A stretch of DNA of 64,000 nucleotides from Microthyrium microscopicum (lineage: Eukaryota), in contig MU004230.1 in the NCBI GenBank assembly GCA_010405405.1, positions 3,568,627 to 3,632,626 on the forward strand. The letters are read 5' to 3'. The position numbers and the translations under genes are program-made. Each line of letters starts with the position of its first letter. The first letter of the stretch is position 1. The notes under the pieces were generated by a model, which saw nothing but the letters and a program-made list of their open reading frames with translations, was not told the DNA's origin and searched no databases. Below are positions 24,666 through 37,670 of this stretch, piece by piece.

Positions 24666-25083
24666 TGATCTATCTTACGCTCCATGCCAGTGAGTGGTTG
24701 CCTGATGACTTGTTCTCCATTACATATAACGAAGCTGGGTCGTGAGATTGCGCTGCGGTGATTTGACCACCTAGGCTGGATTCTGAAAGGGCTGGTGCCG
24801 TCTGGTCCTAGGATTTGAATTATTGGGCTCTTGCCTGGTGAGACGGTCATTATCAAGCCGGCAACTGGTGGATTTGGCAGTGCTACTGTAATTAATACTC
24901 TTGCTATGGGCCCTTACATTCACCATGACATTGGTATCTAGCCTCACAAATAGGGTTCTAGAATTCTGTTTCAATAGGAAAAGTCGTCAATGAGCTCTAC
25001 GCGAAGGAAGAGCATCGGCACTATCCACTCTAATCCAAGAAGTGTATTGTATGATTGATGACATAATCTAAGATGTGGAGGCT

Positions 25084-26619
25084 TCAGCTACTACTCTGGC
25101 CATAATTTTCCTCCTCAAATTCCATTGTGAGGCGAATCCTAGACTCTCCGTTGAAGAGTGCGCATTTCGCAGCAATGACAATCGTTTGTTGACCCGGTTT
25201 CCTGCAATACACTTCCCCTCTGGTGTTTTTGATCTGCCACCCTTCTTGAACAGTAATAGAACTTAGCATACGGAACCAATTTGCAGCAACATCGATGGTA
25301 ACAATCGTTTCGCTTGAGGGCTCCAAGTTCTTAATTGAAAATATTGCCTTCCGTGAGCTTTGGTTCGCGAACTCGTAAAAGCCTCCCCCGATATGGTTTA
25401 TCGAAGGGCTTGCAGACGAGATAATGAGATCGGGTATGGACGTAACGAACATGATTCCGCTTGCTCTGTGATGTGTAGTGTATACTCGGTCTGAAGGAAT
25501 TTTCTGTGGGAAGAAAATAGTGGCTCCTGAAGGGCCTTTCATATAAGCTCTTGTATCCGGGTCGAAAGCAAGTTGGTCTGGTAGGATTCGAGCGTATAGA
25601 TTTTCTCCCATATGCTGTAGGTAGACACCAACCGCAATGCTCCATGACTTCTTCCACACCCCCCATAGCGGAAGAACAAACTCATTTTCAGCGGATTCGC
25701 ATTTCAAGATTCTTGTCTCTACACGAATGCCTTTGTTGGTAATGTCATAAAGCGGACTAGTAGTGTGAGACAGAATTACATCCGCACACTCCGCGAAATG
25801 TGAAGGCGACGTGGATAATAGCCCTCGATAAGAGGACGCCGTGGCAGACTTGTCACACCAGCAGAATAGCGACATGTCATCTGATGTTTTGATGATTTCT
25901 TCTTGAAGGCGCAGGAAAGCTCGTTCCCCTTCTCCGTAGAGCATTGCCATGTTGACCTCAAATATGCCCATGAGGCAATACGCTATGTCTTCTGCTCTGG
26001 ATGTCGATCGATGAGCCGCCCAGCTCATTCGCTGTGCTACTGAAGATTTTGAGACATTTCCTGTCACAAGCACGCTAATAGGCACGCCAGTAATGGCCTG
26101 AAGTTCCACGGCCATGCTCTTTTTAGTTCCGAGGTGTATACCGTTTTCCGAAAAGAAAACTAATCTTTGTGGAGCGATCAGTTCTTGTAGACACCAGCCT
26201 CGAGAGAACCATCGAGCGTCCCGAAACTTCTTCCACCATGCCTCGTCGGCCTCAGGAGCAGCTCCATCTAGCCTTGTGGGGACATCCGACAAAAAAGTGT
26301 AACATACGGCTGCATTTCTGTACCAGCGATACATTGAATTGATTGCTTCCGAGAGCTCTGCACTGCTGGATTTGTTAATGCAACAGCTGTCAACCCAGAA
26401 ATGTTCGATGCCATCATCTCGAATCCGTTTGGCACAGAACTCTATCTTGCGATATCCTGGCTTTGACTCTGCAAGCGCTCTGTTCTTGTTCATATCCTTA
26501 TAGGTAACTTCGTCATTTCCCCATGTATGAGAAAGGATCGCGTATGCTGGTATATCTTCATCCCGCACGAACTCCTCAAACATAAGAGGCCCGTCTGCTG
26601 AGGCTCGAAGCAGACGCAT
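25084..26619 (-). CDS. HET-domain (heterokaryon incompatibility) protein with an uncharacterised C-terminal region, ~511 aa
   Basis: MRLL start, PAYAILSHTWG, FWVDSCCINKSSSAELSEAINSMYRWY, WFSRGWCLQELIAP, RAEDIAYCLMGIFEVNM.MLYGEG.RAFLRLQEEI. Confidence 0.95.
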   Translation of the reverse strand: MRLLRASADGPLMFEEFVRDEDIPAYAILSHTWGNDEVTYKDMNKNRALAESKPGYRKIEFCAKRIRDDGIEHFWVDSCCINKSSSAELSEAINSMYRWYRNAAVCYTFLSDVPTRLDGAAPEADEAWWKKFRDARWFSRGWCLQELIAPQRLVFFSENGIHLGTKKSMAVELQAITGVPISVLVTGNVSKSSVAQRMSWAAHRSTSRAEDIAYCLMGIFEVNMAMLYGEGERAFLRLQEEIIKTSDDMSLFCWCDKSATASSYRGLLSTSPSHFAECADVILSHTTSPLYDITNKGIRVETRILKCESAENEFVLPLWGVWKKSWSIAVGVYLQHMGENLYARILPDQLAFDPDTRAYMKGPSGATIFFPQKIPSDRVYTTHHRASGIMFVTSIPDLIISSASPSINHIGGGFYEFANQSSRKAIFSIKNLEPSSETIVTIDVAANWFRMLSSITVQEGWQIKNTRGEVYCRKPGQQTIVIAAKCALFNGESRIRLTMEFEEENYGQSSS

Positions 26620-27735
26620 TGTGCTGATGTCGGAGGAGGGTAATTCTCTACTGGGCTTGAAAGCCGAAAGATCCACCGTTCGATTTGTTGGCCAGTTTAG
26701 TAGAAGACTTGATGCTAATGTCTGTGGGAACCAGAGATTTGAAGGCAGAGTCCAGAGATGATAAGAAACAAGAGCATATAATGGTCTCAAACGGGCGACG
26801 AAATAGATGGCTCGCTCCCATGAAGTACTCTTATGATGTCTACCATCTGCTCCGCTTAGGTTTTACTGTAGGACGCCCTTTTGGAGGTGCGACAGTTACA
26901 TCGGTCCTACCACAAAATTACGGTGTCCTACTCTCTACCGGTACCTGTTGGTAGGACCAAAGCTAATTGGTTCAATTATGGTTCTAAGCTAAAATTTAGT
27001 GATGAAATACCCGCGAGTTACCTACAAAGGTGTAGTCTTAGGAGGAGTATCAATTTGCTCGTATTTCACAGGATGAAGTCCTCAGCTCTCGAGTTAAGGA
27101 ACCGATGAAATATCTAGGACGCTAATTAGATCAAAAGCTCTTAAATGTAGAAGTAGAAGTTTCCTACATGCCTACTACTGACAAAATACAAACAGTGAAG
27201 CCTTCCACTCCTTACAAGGGGCTTTTCCTCGGATTGAATGCGCAAAATGCCTTATTTCCTACAAGTTCGGTGAGCATCGAAGTATCTCTCTTCCAAGCAT
27301 TGCGATCATTTGCGATGGGAGGTTATGTTAGTTGATGTTGCGGTCACGTTGAAATCGGCCTTTGATAAGCTAAAGAGCCACCAAGGTCCAAGCCAGGCTT
27401 GCCAGGGCTTAGCGCGACAAGGTAAGGATGCAGGGATGTGCTCTGCGGCGAATGCTTGGCAGCTTGCTGCCACTTACACCAACCGGTCCGAGATTAAGAC
27501 TCTACTACTTCCCCATAGCAATCGCTACTCTTCTCTGGTATATATCCTACATATCCTACATCGATGTTACCATTCAGATACTGTGCCATATCTACCAAGT
27601 CTAACTGGACATCAATGGCGTTCACCTAGCGCTCACAACACCAGCAAGATCTGACACCACACCCGTTTGACAATCCGACATCTACATCGATCTCTACATT
27701 CCGATCCAGCCTCTTGCCGCTCCCAATCCCTAAGG

Positions 27736-29893
27736 ATGGCATCCTCTAACACTGACGACCCCTCCGAAAAGGCCACTCTCCTTCCCGATCGCCCTCCCAC
27801 TCCCTCCGCAGCTCACGATAACGACATCTCCGACGACGACGAAACATCCACCCTTGCCCAGGACGAAGACGACGTCCTACAAGATGACTACGCCGCCGAT
27901 AGTTCAAATCCAGATAAGTCCCGAGGCCGCCGCTCCTGGCGCGACTGGCTTTTCCGCCGTTCTACACCCATGTATCACAGGCCGACTCGTCTACGGCGCC
28001 GTCAACGTGGGCGGCGTGAGGCAAGGGGCGAGATGGTGTACGATACTGAAGAGCGCGGGTCCATATCGCGGAGTTCTAGTGAGACTGACGATCTAAGACC
28101 GTTGAAGGAGGCGCGGATGGTGGATGAGCCACGCGCAAAGTCAAAGCTGGCGCGGGTCCTGGTACATGTTGGTATAATCGTATTTCTGCTCTCTATCCTA
28201 TACGGCGCATACGCAGCGACACGGAATTTGAGAGCGACGAAAGAGAGTGCAGTGAAATTAGTCTCGAACGGAACGAGTCTTTTTGCGCCAACGACGCTGT
28301 TGATAAGCCTGGACGGCTTCCGCGCAGACTTCTTGCAGCGCGGGCTGAGTCCGACGCTGAATGCGTTTGTAAGAGAGGGTGTGTCGTCGCTCTACATGCT
28401 TCCACCATTTCCAAGCGTCACGTTTGTGTCGCATTATACCATGGCGACGGGGCTGTATCCGGAGTTACATGGGATAGTTGGCAATTCGTTCTGGGATCCG
28501 GCAATGAAAGATACCTTTTCGTACACAGACCCGAAAGCGCTGAAGCCAGAGTGGTGGGGCGGAGAGCCGTTTTGGGTTACGGCGGAGAAGCAGGGGATTA
28601 AGACGGCAATACATATGTTTCCGGGATCGGAGGCGCATATTGGGAACGTGGATTTGGCGTACGTGGACAAGTTCAATCAGACGGAGGCGTTGGATAATAA
28701 GGTGTCGAGAGTACTGGGGTGGTTGGATCTACCTGGGCCGAAGAGCGTGGAGACGATCAAGGATGCTCCAAGGCCGCAATTGATTGTGGCATATGTACCA
28801 GATGTCGATGCTGATGGTCATGCCTTTGGACCGAACAGCACGGAGGTCAGGGATAGTATTGTTAAGGCGGATGACATGCTTACCAAGATCTTTGACGGGC
28901 TCAAGGATCGGAATTTGACGGACATTGTCAATGTCATTATTGTTTCTGACCATGGGATGGCCACGACGTCGGTTGATCGACTTATTCAGCTTGATGACTT
29001 GGTTGACATGGATAAGATTGAACACACGGATGGTTGGCCTTTGTATGGACTTCGACCAAAAAAAGATGCGGACATTGAACCGATTTATCACCAGCTCAAG
29101 GCCCATGCCGAAGAAAATCCATACATCGAGGTCTACCATAAAGACAAGGATATGCCGGCCGAGTATCACTTCTCCAATAACCCTCGGATTGCTCCTATCT
29201 GGGTTGTACCTCAGACTGGGTGGGCAATTGTCAAGAAAGACGAGTTCAATGTTGAACAAGCCAAGAATGAAGGCATAGTTTACAGCCCCAGAGGTCTTCA
29301 CGGCTACGATTTTCGAGTACGTTTTCAATAATCTCTTCTCCTAGATCTACTGCTAACCACTACTGTAGCATCCTTTAATGAGAGCAATCTTTGTTGCTCG
29401 GGGACCTGCATTTCCACATGCACCCCATAGTCGAATTGAAGCATTCCGTAAGTCTGATGTGAAGTTCCATAGTATCTCAACTAATTTAATCTTAGCAAAT
29501 ATCAACGTCTATAACATTGTTTGCGACTCCATTGGCCTGAAGCCAGTGCCAAACAATGGAACCGTTAGACTCCCTCTGAAACCACTTGGATTGCATTCAG
29601 ATCCTCACGCTCCTACCCTCGAGGTTCCTGAGGATTTGCCTGAGAAAGGACCGGGATCCGTGCCCACGGCTCCAGTATCTGCTAAGTCATCCGCTATTTC
29701 ACCTACTCAATCGCCCACCGAATCACCTACTCAACCACCGGTGCCATCGCCTGTTGTACCAGAGCCGAAGAAAGACGAAGATACAAAAGAGACAGAAAAG
29801 CCCAAGTCAATCTGGGACTGGCTAAAGGATAGTTGGGACGAACTGAAGGATAAGGTGGAAGGTATCTTCAAAGGAGAAGAATCCTCTGATTGA
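27736..29893 (+). CDS. NPP1: Type II membrane ectonucleotide pyrophosphatase/phosphodiesterase; introns 29317-29368 and 29448-29495
   Basis: LLISLDGFRADF, FPSVTFVSHYTMATGLYPELHGIVGN, VDADGH, IVSDHGM, GLHGYD; single TM segment. Confidence 0.93.
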
Positions 29894-30110
29894 TCTTTTG
29901 AGATGTTTTGTTTGGAGTCTATGGCGCAATTACTTGGCATGCCGAAAAGGCTCCTTATTGTATGTATTTGAATGGTTTAACGCTGATGAGTTCTATATCA
30001 ATTTCTACGCTGGGGTATCTAACGCTTGAAGAAAGCACAAAGCTGACAGTCTAGTCTATGCATCACCTTCAACCTCGTATATGTACCAATCACGGCCATC
30101 TTCCATAGAT

Positions 30111-32307
30111 CTAGATGGCATCCACGTCCATGAATCCCTCGAAGTACTCATCGAGCAAGGTACAGGCCTTACCCGCAAACTCCCTCGTCCCACGCCCTCT
30201 CATCATCGTCCCCACGACGCCATCCGGCCGCATTACAACGACTGCTACCTCACTCCTACTCATTCCGCCCAACCACTTCTCCCCTGCTGTCATGCCCTTG
30301 GTATCTAGATGCGGAACATCATCCACATACACTGCCCACTTACTCTCCCTCCACAACTTCGGCAGCTCCTCGACCTCCACTCCACCCTCCCCAAGCACCA
30401 ACGCCGCCGTAAACAGTCCACTAACCGTCGTATACCGCTCCGGCCTAACATAGTCGTCCGACACAGCCGCAAACGGCGGCTGCGTACTATACTCCACGTT
30501 CGTCCGTCTCGCTGCCCTTCCAATCCGACTATTATCACTCAGCACATGCGCACTCACACCCTCCAACCACTCACTCGCACTGCTCAACGCTTTGGTGAAC
30601 ACCATGATGCGAAATTGCCCCAGGACTGGCACATCGAGCGCCAAGTCAATTGGACACCCATCGACCAGCCTACTCGCCCTAGCCGGCGGCGGAATGCTCC
30701 CCACCCTTAGTGCCCCCAACAAACTCCCCCGTTGTGGCACATTCAACACATTCGGCGCATAATCCGCACCAAAACCACTAGCGAATCTCGCATTTCGTAA
30801 ACTCGTTTCCAAAAAGCGTGCTGGATCGCCCGCGCTCAACGCATCGCCTAGTTCATGATCAAAATCAATGAGATTGTCGATAATAGGTCGTCGTTCAAGT
30901 TCGTACGTGGCAAGTAAGGTTGGATGCGCAAGTCGGCGCAGGACGAGGTTGAGTTTCCACGCCAAGTTCCAGGCGTCCGCGATACCGGTGTTGAGACCGT
31001 GAGTTTGTGGCGAGTGCGTGTGCGCTGCGTCGCCGCAGAGGAGGATTTTCGGGTACGCGGGGGAGTCGCTGAATTTGGAGGCGATGCGGCGGGATACTTG
31101 GTAGCGGCCGAACCAGTCTATTGTGCGCCAGGAGGGGATATGTGGCTACGGGGTATGTCAATCACGGTGGAAAATCTAAAGCAAGGGAATGGTCACTTAC
31201 TTCGAAGATTTCCGCGGCGCGCTGGACGGCGTAGGCGCTGGTTAGGACTTCGGAGGAGGTCTCTTCGGATGAATCGGAGCGCAGCTCGACGTACATGCGC
31301 GTCATGTTCCGTTCGCGAGGGAGGAGGATTGCTGTGCCGATATCCTGGGCGTGCACGTTGGTTTTGCTGTAGAGGTCGGGGAAGTCAAAGGTCGAATCGA
31401 GGATGCCGTCGATAACTCCCCAGACTTCACCGCTGTTCTCGCCGACTTGGCGTACACCCATGGCTTGAGCGACTTGGGAATGGGCTCCATCGCAACCTAT
31501 GAGATACTGGGTTTGGAAGGCAATGCGTTCGTTATTACTGGTTTCGCATATTACATCAATAGGCCAGTTTCCGGGTGCGGTTTGATAGTCGATGAATGTT
31601 AGGTTTCTTGTTACGTCGTAGCCACGTTCTAGCATGTCTTTTAGGAAAACCTCTTCGACAAAGCCTTGGTGCACGTTTAAAAGGTATGGGTCTGTTGTAT
31701 CGACTTGGTCGCATGGGAAGAGAACATCTTTCATTGTTCGATGTAGTGGCTCTTCTGGTGACGATGACTGATGGACGTCAGCTTATATCTGCTTTTGGAA
31801 CTGATATACCTACCCAGAACCTTGTTTCGTGAACTTTGACTCCTTTAAGCAGAAGGCGATCGGACAAGCGCATTTGACGTAGTGTTTCTATGGTTTTTGG
31901 CAACAAGCTATCCGCTCTTCCAGTTTGAGTTCTTGTTGACCGATTATCGATCACCAAGACATTAATGCCACATCGTATCAGATTCGCCCTATGAGAGTTA
32001 GACAATTGATATATGCTTCTTACTCTAACAAGACTTACGCAAGGCATAAGCCAGTAGGCCCTGCTCCGACAATCGTTACTTGATAGACTATCCGCGGTTC
32101 CGATTCCTCATCATTAGAATGCTGCGTAGACGGTCGTTTTAGATTTCGATGAGTAGGTTTCCGTCTAAGTTTCGTCTTTTCCAATTTCTCCTGACTACTC
32201 TGAAATTTCATAACAAAACCATTGAGTTCATCCTTGCGCAAAGACCGAACAGAGCTAGGTCGTGAGAGCTCATGTTGTCTCCGAGTATTCCGTTTGAAAA
32301 ATGACAT
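30111..32307 (-). CDS. Phenol 2-monooxygenase-like FAD-dependent hydroxylase; introns 31989-32038, 31768-31813, 31146-31200
   Basis: IVGAGPTGL, GRADSLLPKTIETLRQM, LIGCDGAHS, LCGDAAHTHSP..GLNTGIADAWNLAWKL, C-terminal VVMRPDGVVG domain; the splice sites keep frame. Confidence 0.9.
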
Positions 32308-33890
32308 ATCCAAGACGAAGCTATAAAGAGAAATAGGCGTGTCTCAAGTTTAATAACCACGATCAGGGACCAAACATAAGCGAAAGACAACAGCAGCACA
32401 CGAGCGTCGAAAAAAGTTGGGGAAAACAGGGTAAAGATTTCGATATGAGACACGAAAAACGTGCTGGCCGTGCCGCATCTATTATGGTTCACCAAATCAA
32501 TATTTTGTTGATCTGCCTAATTCCCCTCTATCGGTGCAGATATCCGGACGCACAGTTCATCAATTCAGGAACCAAACAAACGGCTTCCGTCTGTGCCAGT
32601 TCACGTAAATCACTCCCGCTGGCCAGTGGGGCGTCGTCATAAACTGAGGATTGTCAACGCGCCTGGGATTTCTGCAGGCGAGCACCGTGAAAGGCGGCGC
32701 GTTAGCGTGTGATTTAGTGAGCGCCATTGCCATCAAAGCGAGCTTGTTCGGTGGAGTTTCTGCGGTGGTTATGCTTGGTCCCTTGGATGGATCCCGAACA
32801 TGTCTCAGACTTGCGTGGTTGGCGGAGAAAAGGAAAATATTCAAATTCTTGGGAACTGGAACGCGATGTGAATGGTCAGGTAGTGGTGCGTTGTTGCAGC
32901 TAAAATGGTGATAGAGGTTTATATAGTGGATGAATTCTGGTTATTCGGACCGATTAGAACTTTAATCGAGGTTTAGGGAATTTTTGAAACCCCCGATCAC
33001 TGCTAAATCTTACGTCTCTATCAAACTGTTGAAGCAGCACTTTGATAGAGATAACCTGTTTGGCTGTCTAGCAAGCTGATTGCTGACGGCGTTTCAAGCT
33101 TTACTCCGTGGTGCCTCGTCCAACGAAACTAGCAGATAACAGTTACAGGTTTTCGAGTGATTATCAAAAGTACGAACCCGAGCTGGACTACTGAGATTGG
33201 AGGAGGCTTAAAATTTGTGACCAACAAGGCGAGACGTTAGCAACTGGATTTGGCAAAGAACCAATTCGGTACTCCCGTACCCCTGAACAACCATCAGAAA
33301 AGGGGTTGGCAGAGCCGCCACCCGCCCAGTTGAATGGCACCAACACGTGGGATTAGATCCTTGTACGAACCTGCCAGATGTCATGGTTGTTTTTAGTGTT
33401 TCCACGTTTCCGGACGGGAAGCAACTTCTCTCTTCACATTTGTGATAGGCTTTGGGCAACGTGATATGTCCGGGTTGTCCATATGTGATGATATGTCTGA
33501 CCTTTTCGATTGCCGAGCTTTGGCGAAGTGAAAACATGCATCACCGTTAAGCCATCGCTTAAGTCCTCGAGTGCCTGATGTCAAGATCAGACGAGACACG
33601 TTATCTTGCGGTACTAGTTCATAAGGCTATTTGTCTTATCAAAACAGGATTTTGCAACGGTCGGCTAACGATTCTCCGAACTTAAGACTACGCCTTTGGC
33701 GGTCAGTAGACAATACCACAGCAAGCCGGTATTTCTCGGCAGATGATTGTCTTCGTGTACTCCTTGGATAGACCCAGACCGTCAAGACCGTTAAGGCAAC
33801 ATGAAAACCCGAAAGCGAGAAGGAGAGAATGTTTTATTACTGGCGGCATATATGTATACTATACACAATGTTCCCATGTGAACGTCACTG

Positions 33891-35232
33891 TTAGTGGAGT
33901 TTGTATAGCGCTGTTCGCATCCTATCTTTCAATTGGCTTTTTGAAATCATCAAATCAACCAACGTGGTGGGAAGCGAACCGATGATGCCGTACAGCACCG
34001 AGCCGCTGCCAACACTTGATGTTCCAAACGGCCTCTTCATCGTCAACGCATCAAAGACCTTGTGATGAAGTTCACAAGGATTGGCGTATTTTCGAGAATC
34101 GCTTGCTCGCACTTGCTGAGCGCGAGGCGTTAAGGCCCCGAAATCAAATGCACCTAGCTTAAGATGCGAGACATGGACCCCAGAAGAATGAAGCTCGCGC
34201 TGCAGAGCTCGCGTGTAACCCTCCAATGCGCCAACCATAGTAGTCTCTACGGCATGTAGTGGAGGACTCAAAGAGTATGTGATGGTTGGCGTTAGTATCA
34301 GGACTCGTGCTTGGTGTTCAATCACTAGTGGTAGGAAAGCTCCTGATGCGTTTATCGTTAAAGTGACCTTGGTTGAGAATTCGTCTGTCCAAACATCCGC
34401 TGCAATACTATCAATTCGCTTAAGTTGGTGATATGTAAGATCCGGGGCAATCACGACTCCAGTCAGATCCAGGGTATGTGGCGTGGCTCCTGGAAAACTT
34501 TGATGTCTGGAGTCCAAGATGCTGTGGAATTGCTGGATTGCTGCCTCTGTTTGAAACGGCTAGCACGTTGTTAATTCGAGAGCGTGTAAAAGTGAAGGAG
34601 CATAACATACATCGTCAATTTCTAGTCTGAGGGGTTTGATATCTGGGCGTGATTCGGACTGAATAGTTGTAATATCATCGTGTGATATCGCAATGATGTA
34701 GACGATGAATCCCCGTTTCTCAAGATCGAGTGAAATAGACCTTACAACAGCCGATCCAGGAGTCCCGATTATTACTAGAAGAAATTAGAATATCCTGCAA
34801 TCCACATTGGATGTTCATCATACCAACTACTTCTTTCCTAGCTCCCTGCTTGCTTCGTTTCGCGCGACGAGTCTTCCTTTTTGAAGCCCGCTGATTGTAG
34901 TAGTAAACTGCATAAACTGCACTGGCTGAAACAACTGCGAAGAAAATGGCAGATTTCGTCTTGTTTCGAACTATCCAGTCCTGTGAACTATTGAAAAATC
35001 CAGCTTTTGGCGTAAGCAGCAATTGAGGTGAACTTTTAGGCTTTGGAAGATCTGGTATTGGAATGCTCACGCCTAACACTTGATTAACTTGGTGAATGCT
35101 CTCCCGGACGATTTGAGTTGCAGTCTTTTCTGCAGCTTTTCCATATTCCCAGATATCATTCACCACGAAGGAGCGAACACTCTCAGAAGCTCGGTCGAGG
35201 CTATTAAGGTGGTGTTGATCGCCACTTGACAT
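33891..35232 (-). CDS. Fungal DUF1776-family protein; multi-exon, first intron 34775-34823
   Basis: TM segment followed by RRAKRSKQGARKEVV-VIIGTPGS..RSISLDLEKRGFIVY; LTGVVIAPDLTY; the 3' end is approximate. Confidence 0.8.
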
Positions 35233-35418
35233 TCTGGATCCAGTAAATGCGAATTTGAACGATTAGACTTTACACTGTGCCCTTATTTATGATGGATTTA
35301 GATGCCTTCCGGGTTGTGCTGATGATGGAGAGGAATGAAAGTTGAAGCCTTGGATCTTGTCTGACGATGGACGTGGGGGTCGCACCCTGCCCAATCATTT
35401 GCCACACCAACAGCATCG

Positions 35419-35713
35419 TGACAGAAGGTTCGTTCCAAACCCTGGATCCACGCTAGTCCTGATCTAGGATTAGGAAGCAGAAATACCAAAATTCGGCCTC
35501 TATTAGCTATTATATCTTTTTACCTTTTCTATCCTTTTTTATATATTACTTTTACCTCTATTATAGCCTAAATTCTAGGCTCTAAAAAGATACGTTTTAT
35601 ATCTTTAATAGAGTATAAATACTATAGTTATTATAGTAGTTAGTTAATTAGATTTTTTAATATTCTTTTTACTAATTCTATATTTCTTAAGCTATATAAA
35701 CTATATTTTATTA
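35419..35713 (+). repeat. Copia 5' LTR
   Basis: Direct repeat of 56907-57201, differing mostly by C>T/G>A; starts TG. Confidence 0.9.
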
Positions 35714-37670
35714 GTTATAAGCCTAATATTCTAATATACTTTTATTATTTTATTATTCTATATATAAATTTCTTATAAACTATATTATTATAATCTTCTA
35801 AATTTTAGCTATTACTATATACTAATTTTAGTATTAATACTTAATATTTAAGTTATAGATTAACTTATAACGTTACTTTTAAAGTTATAATTATTACTAA
35901 AGCTAGAACTACTATTTAGAGCTACTACTTTTTTAGAATAGGATTAGGAAGTACTTTACTTTACTTATCTCTCTTTATAGTAACTTATACTTCTTTTTAT
36001 TACTTTACTATTTATAATATCTATTTAAATTATTAAGAAGTAATAAGAGAACTTTACTATATTATTTAATAATAAGAAAGAGTAAGAAATTAGTAAATTA
36101 AATTAAGAAATTACTTAAAGAGGTAATCTTATAAACTTTAAGGATATAAATATTCTTTTATCCTTTCTCCTTTTTCTTTTCTTCTTTTCTTCTTTATTAT
36201 ATACTTTAAGCTTTACTTTATTTATACCTTTATTAGTACTCTTTTTACTATATTTAGTATTTATATAATCTTTACTATTAAGATCTTAGTATCTTCTTAT
36301 CTTTAATAGTCCTTAAAAACTATTACTCTTTTAAACTCTTAATACGCTAATAGCTTTAATATTAATAGTACTAGAATATATTAATAGCTTTAGTATTTAT
36401 AGAGGTAAAGTATAAGTAATACTTCTTACTACTTTTAGTTATTATCTAGTCCTCTAATCTTTAATAATTCTTTTACTATTATTACTCTCTTAACTTTAAG
36501 GACTTAACTATTAGTAATCTTTACCTTTAAGGACTTAACTTCTTTACTACCTTAATATACTAATAGCTTTAGTATTAATAGTACTAAATAATACCTTCTA
36601 ACTTCTTAATAGTAACTATATTACTATACTTGCTACTTTCTTTCTTATAGACCTAAGTTACTAAGTAAGTCTCTTAAAGAAACTTACTATTAGTATTATA
36701 TAAATTATTATTATTATTCTTTAACTTTAAGAACTTAATCTTTTTATTACTTTAGCTATAGTAGTACTAAAACCTATACTACTTTTAAGTACGTCCTAAA
36801 TTCCTATAGAATATTATTAGTAATCTTACTACTACTAACCTAACCTTAGTACTTTAGTCTAGGCTTAGTATACTATAACTAGAAGGTATATTTAGTAAAG
36901 ATATATAAGTATCTAATTATTCTATATTCTATTTCTAAGTAAAGTAAAAGAAATACTTAATAAAGATATATAAGTATCTAATTATTCTATATTCTATTTC
37001 TAAGAAGGTAATAGTATCTACTAGAAGCGCTTATTATAAGCTTATGCGCGCTCTTTCTAAACGAACTTAATATAAATTGCCTAAATAAGTAATCCCTTAA
37101 TTCCTAGAAGTATAAAATACTTTTTTCCTCTTTTTCTCTACTTCTTCTTCTTCTTCTTCTATATATTAAGTTCCTACTTCCTAATTAAAGTAGTATTAAA
37201 AATATTAGCCTTTATAGAAAGCTAGGTATTATTCCTAAGTATACTATATAGAAGCTTATAGAAGGATTATCTATAATAGTAATTACTAGTAATCTCTTTA
37301 TAGTAATTATATTAAAGAATAGTAATAACTAGTATATTTAGATTAACTCTATAAAATAATAAATATATACCTTAAATATATAGAATTATATTAATCTAAA
37401 AGAAACTAGTTCTTCTTTAAAAGAACTAGTATACCTATTTAAAATATACCTAATAGAATTTATTATTTCTTAAGTACTTATAAAGAATAATAAGAATTAA
37501 CTTACTTAAATAGTAGAGTTAATTCCTACTTAAGAATATAATATTCTATTATAAATATATAATTTAAACTACTAAGAGTATTAAAATACTAAAAACGCTA
37601 TAGTTAAAATTAATAACTTCTTAAATAAGATAGTATCTAAAAGTTTTTAGAACTATATTACTAATATTTT

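Noticed and set aside
26620..26790. N-terminal extensions given by the ORF track (HET gene here; likewise TOS1, NPP1 and the oxidase)
   Set aside because: Mostly non-ATG starts; family-typical N-termini begin at downstream ATGs (26619, 4659, 27736, 57977)
32400..33850. Long intergenic region with short ORFs; scanned for tRNA/ncRNA
   Set aside because: No tRNA boxes, clear stem-loops or coding signature seen by eye; a covariance-model search would be needed to exclude an ncRNA
36330..37010. Short direct repeats with spacers (including a ~45-bp unit at ~65-bp period near 36895-37005), superficially array-like
   Set aside because: Only 2-3 degenerate copies, inside the RIP-mutated Copia 5' region; internal tandem duplications, not CRISPR
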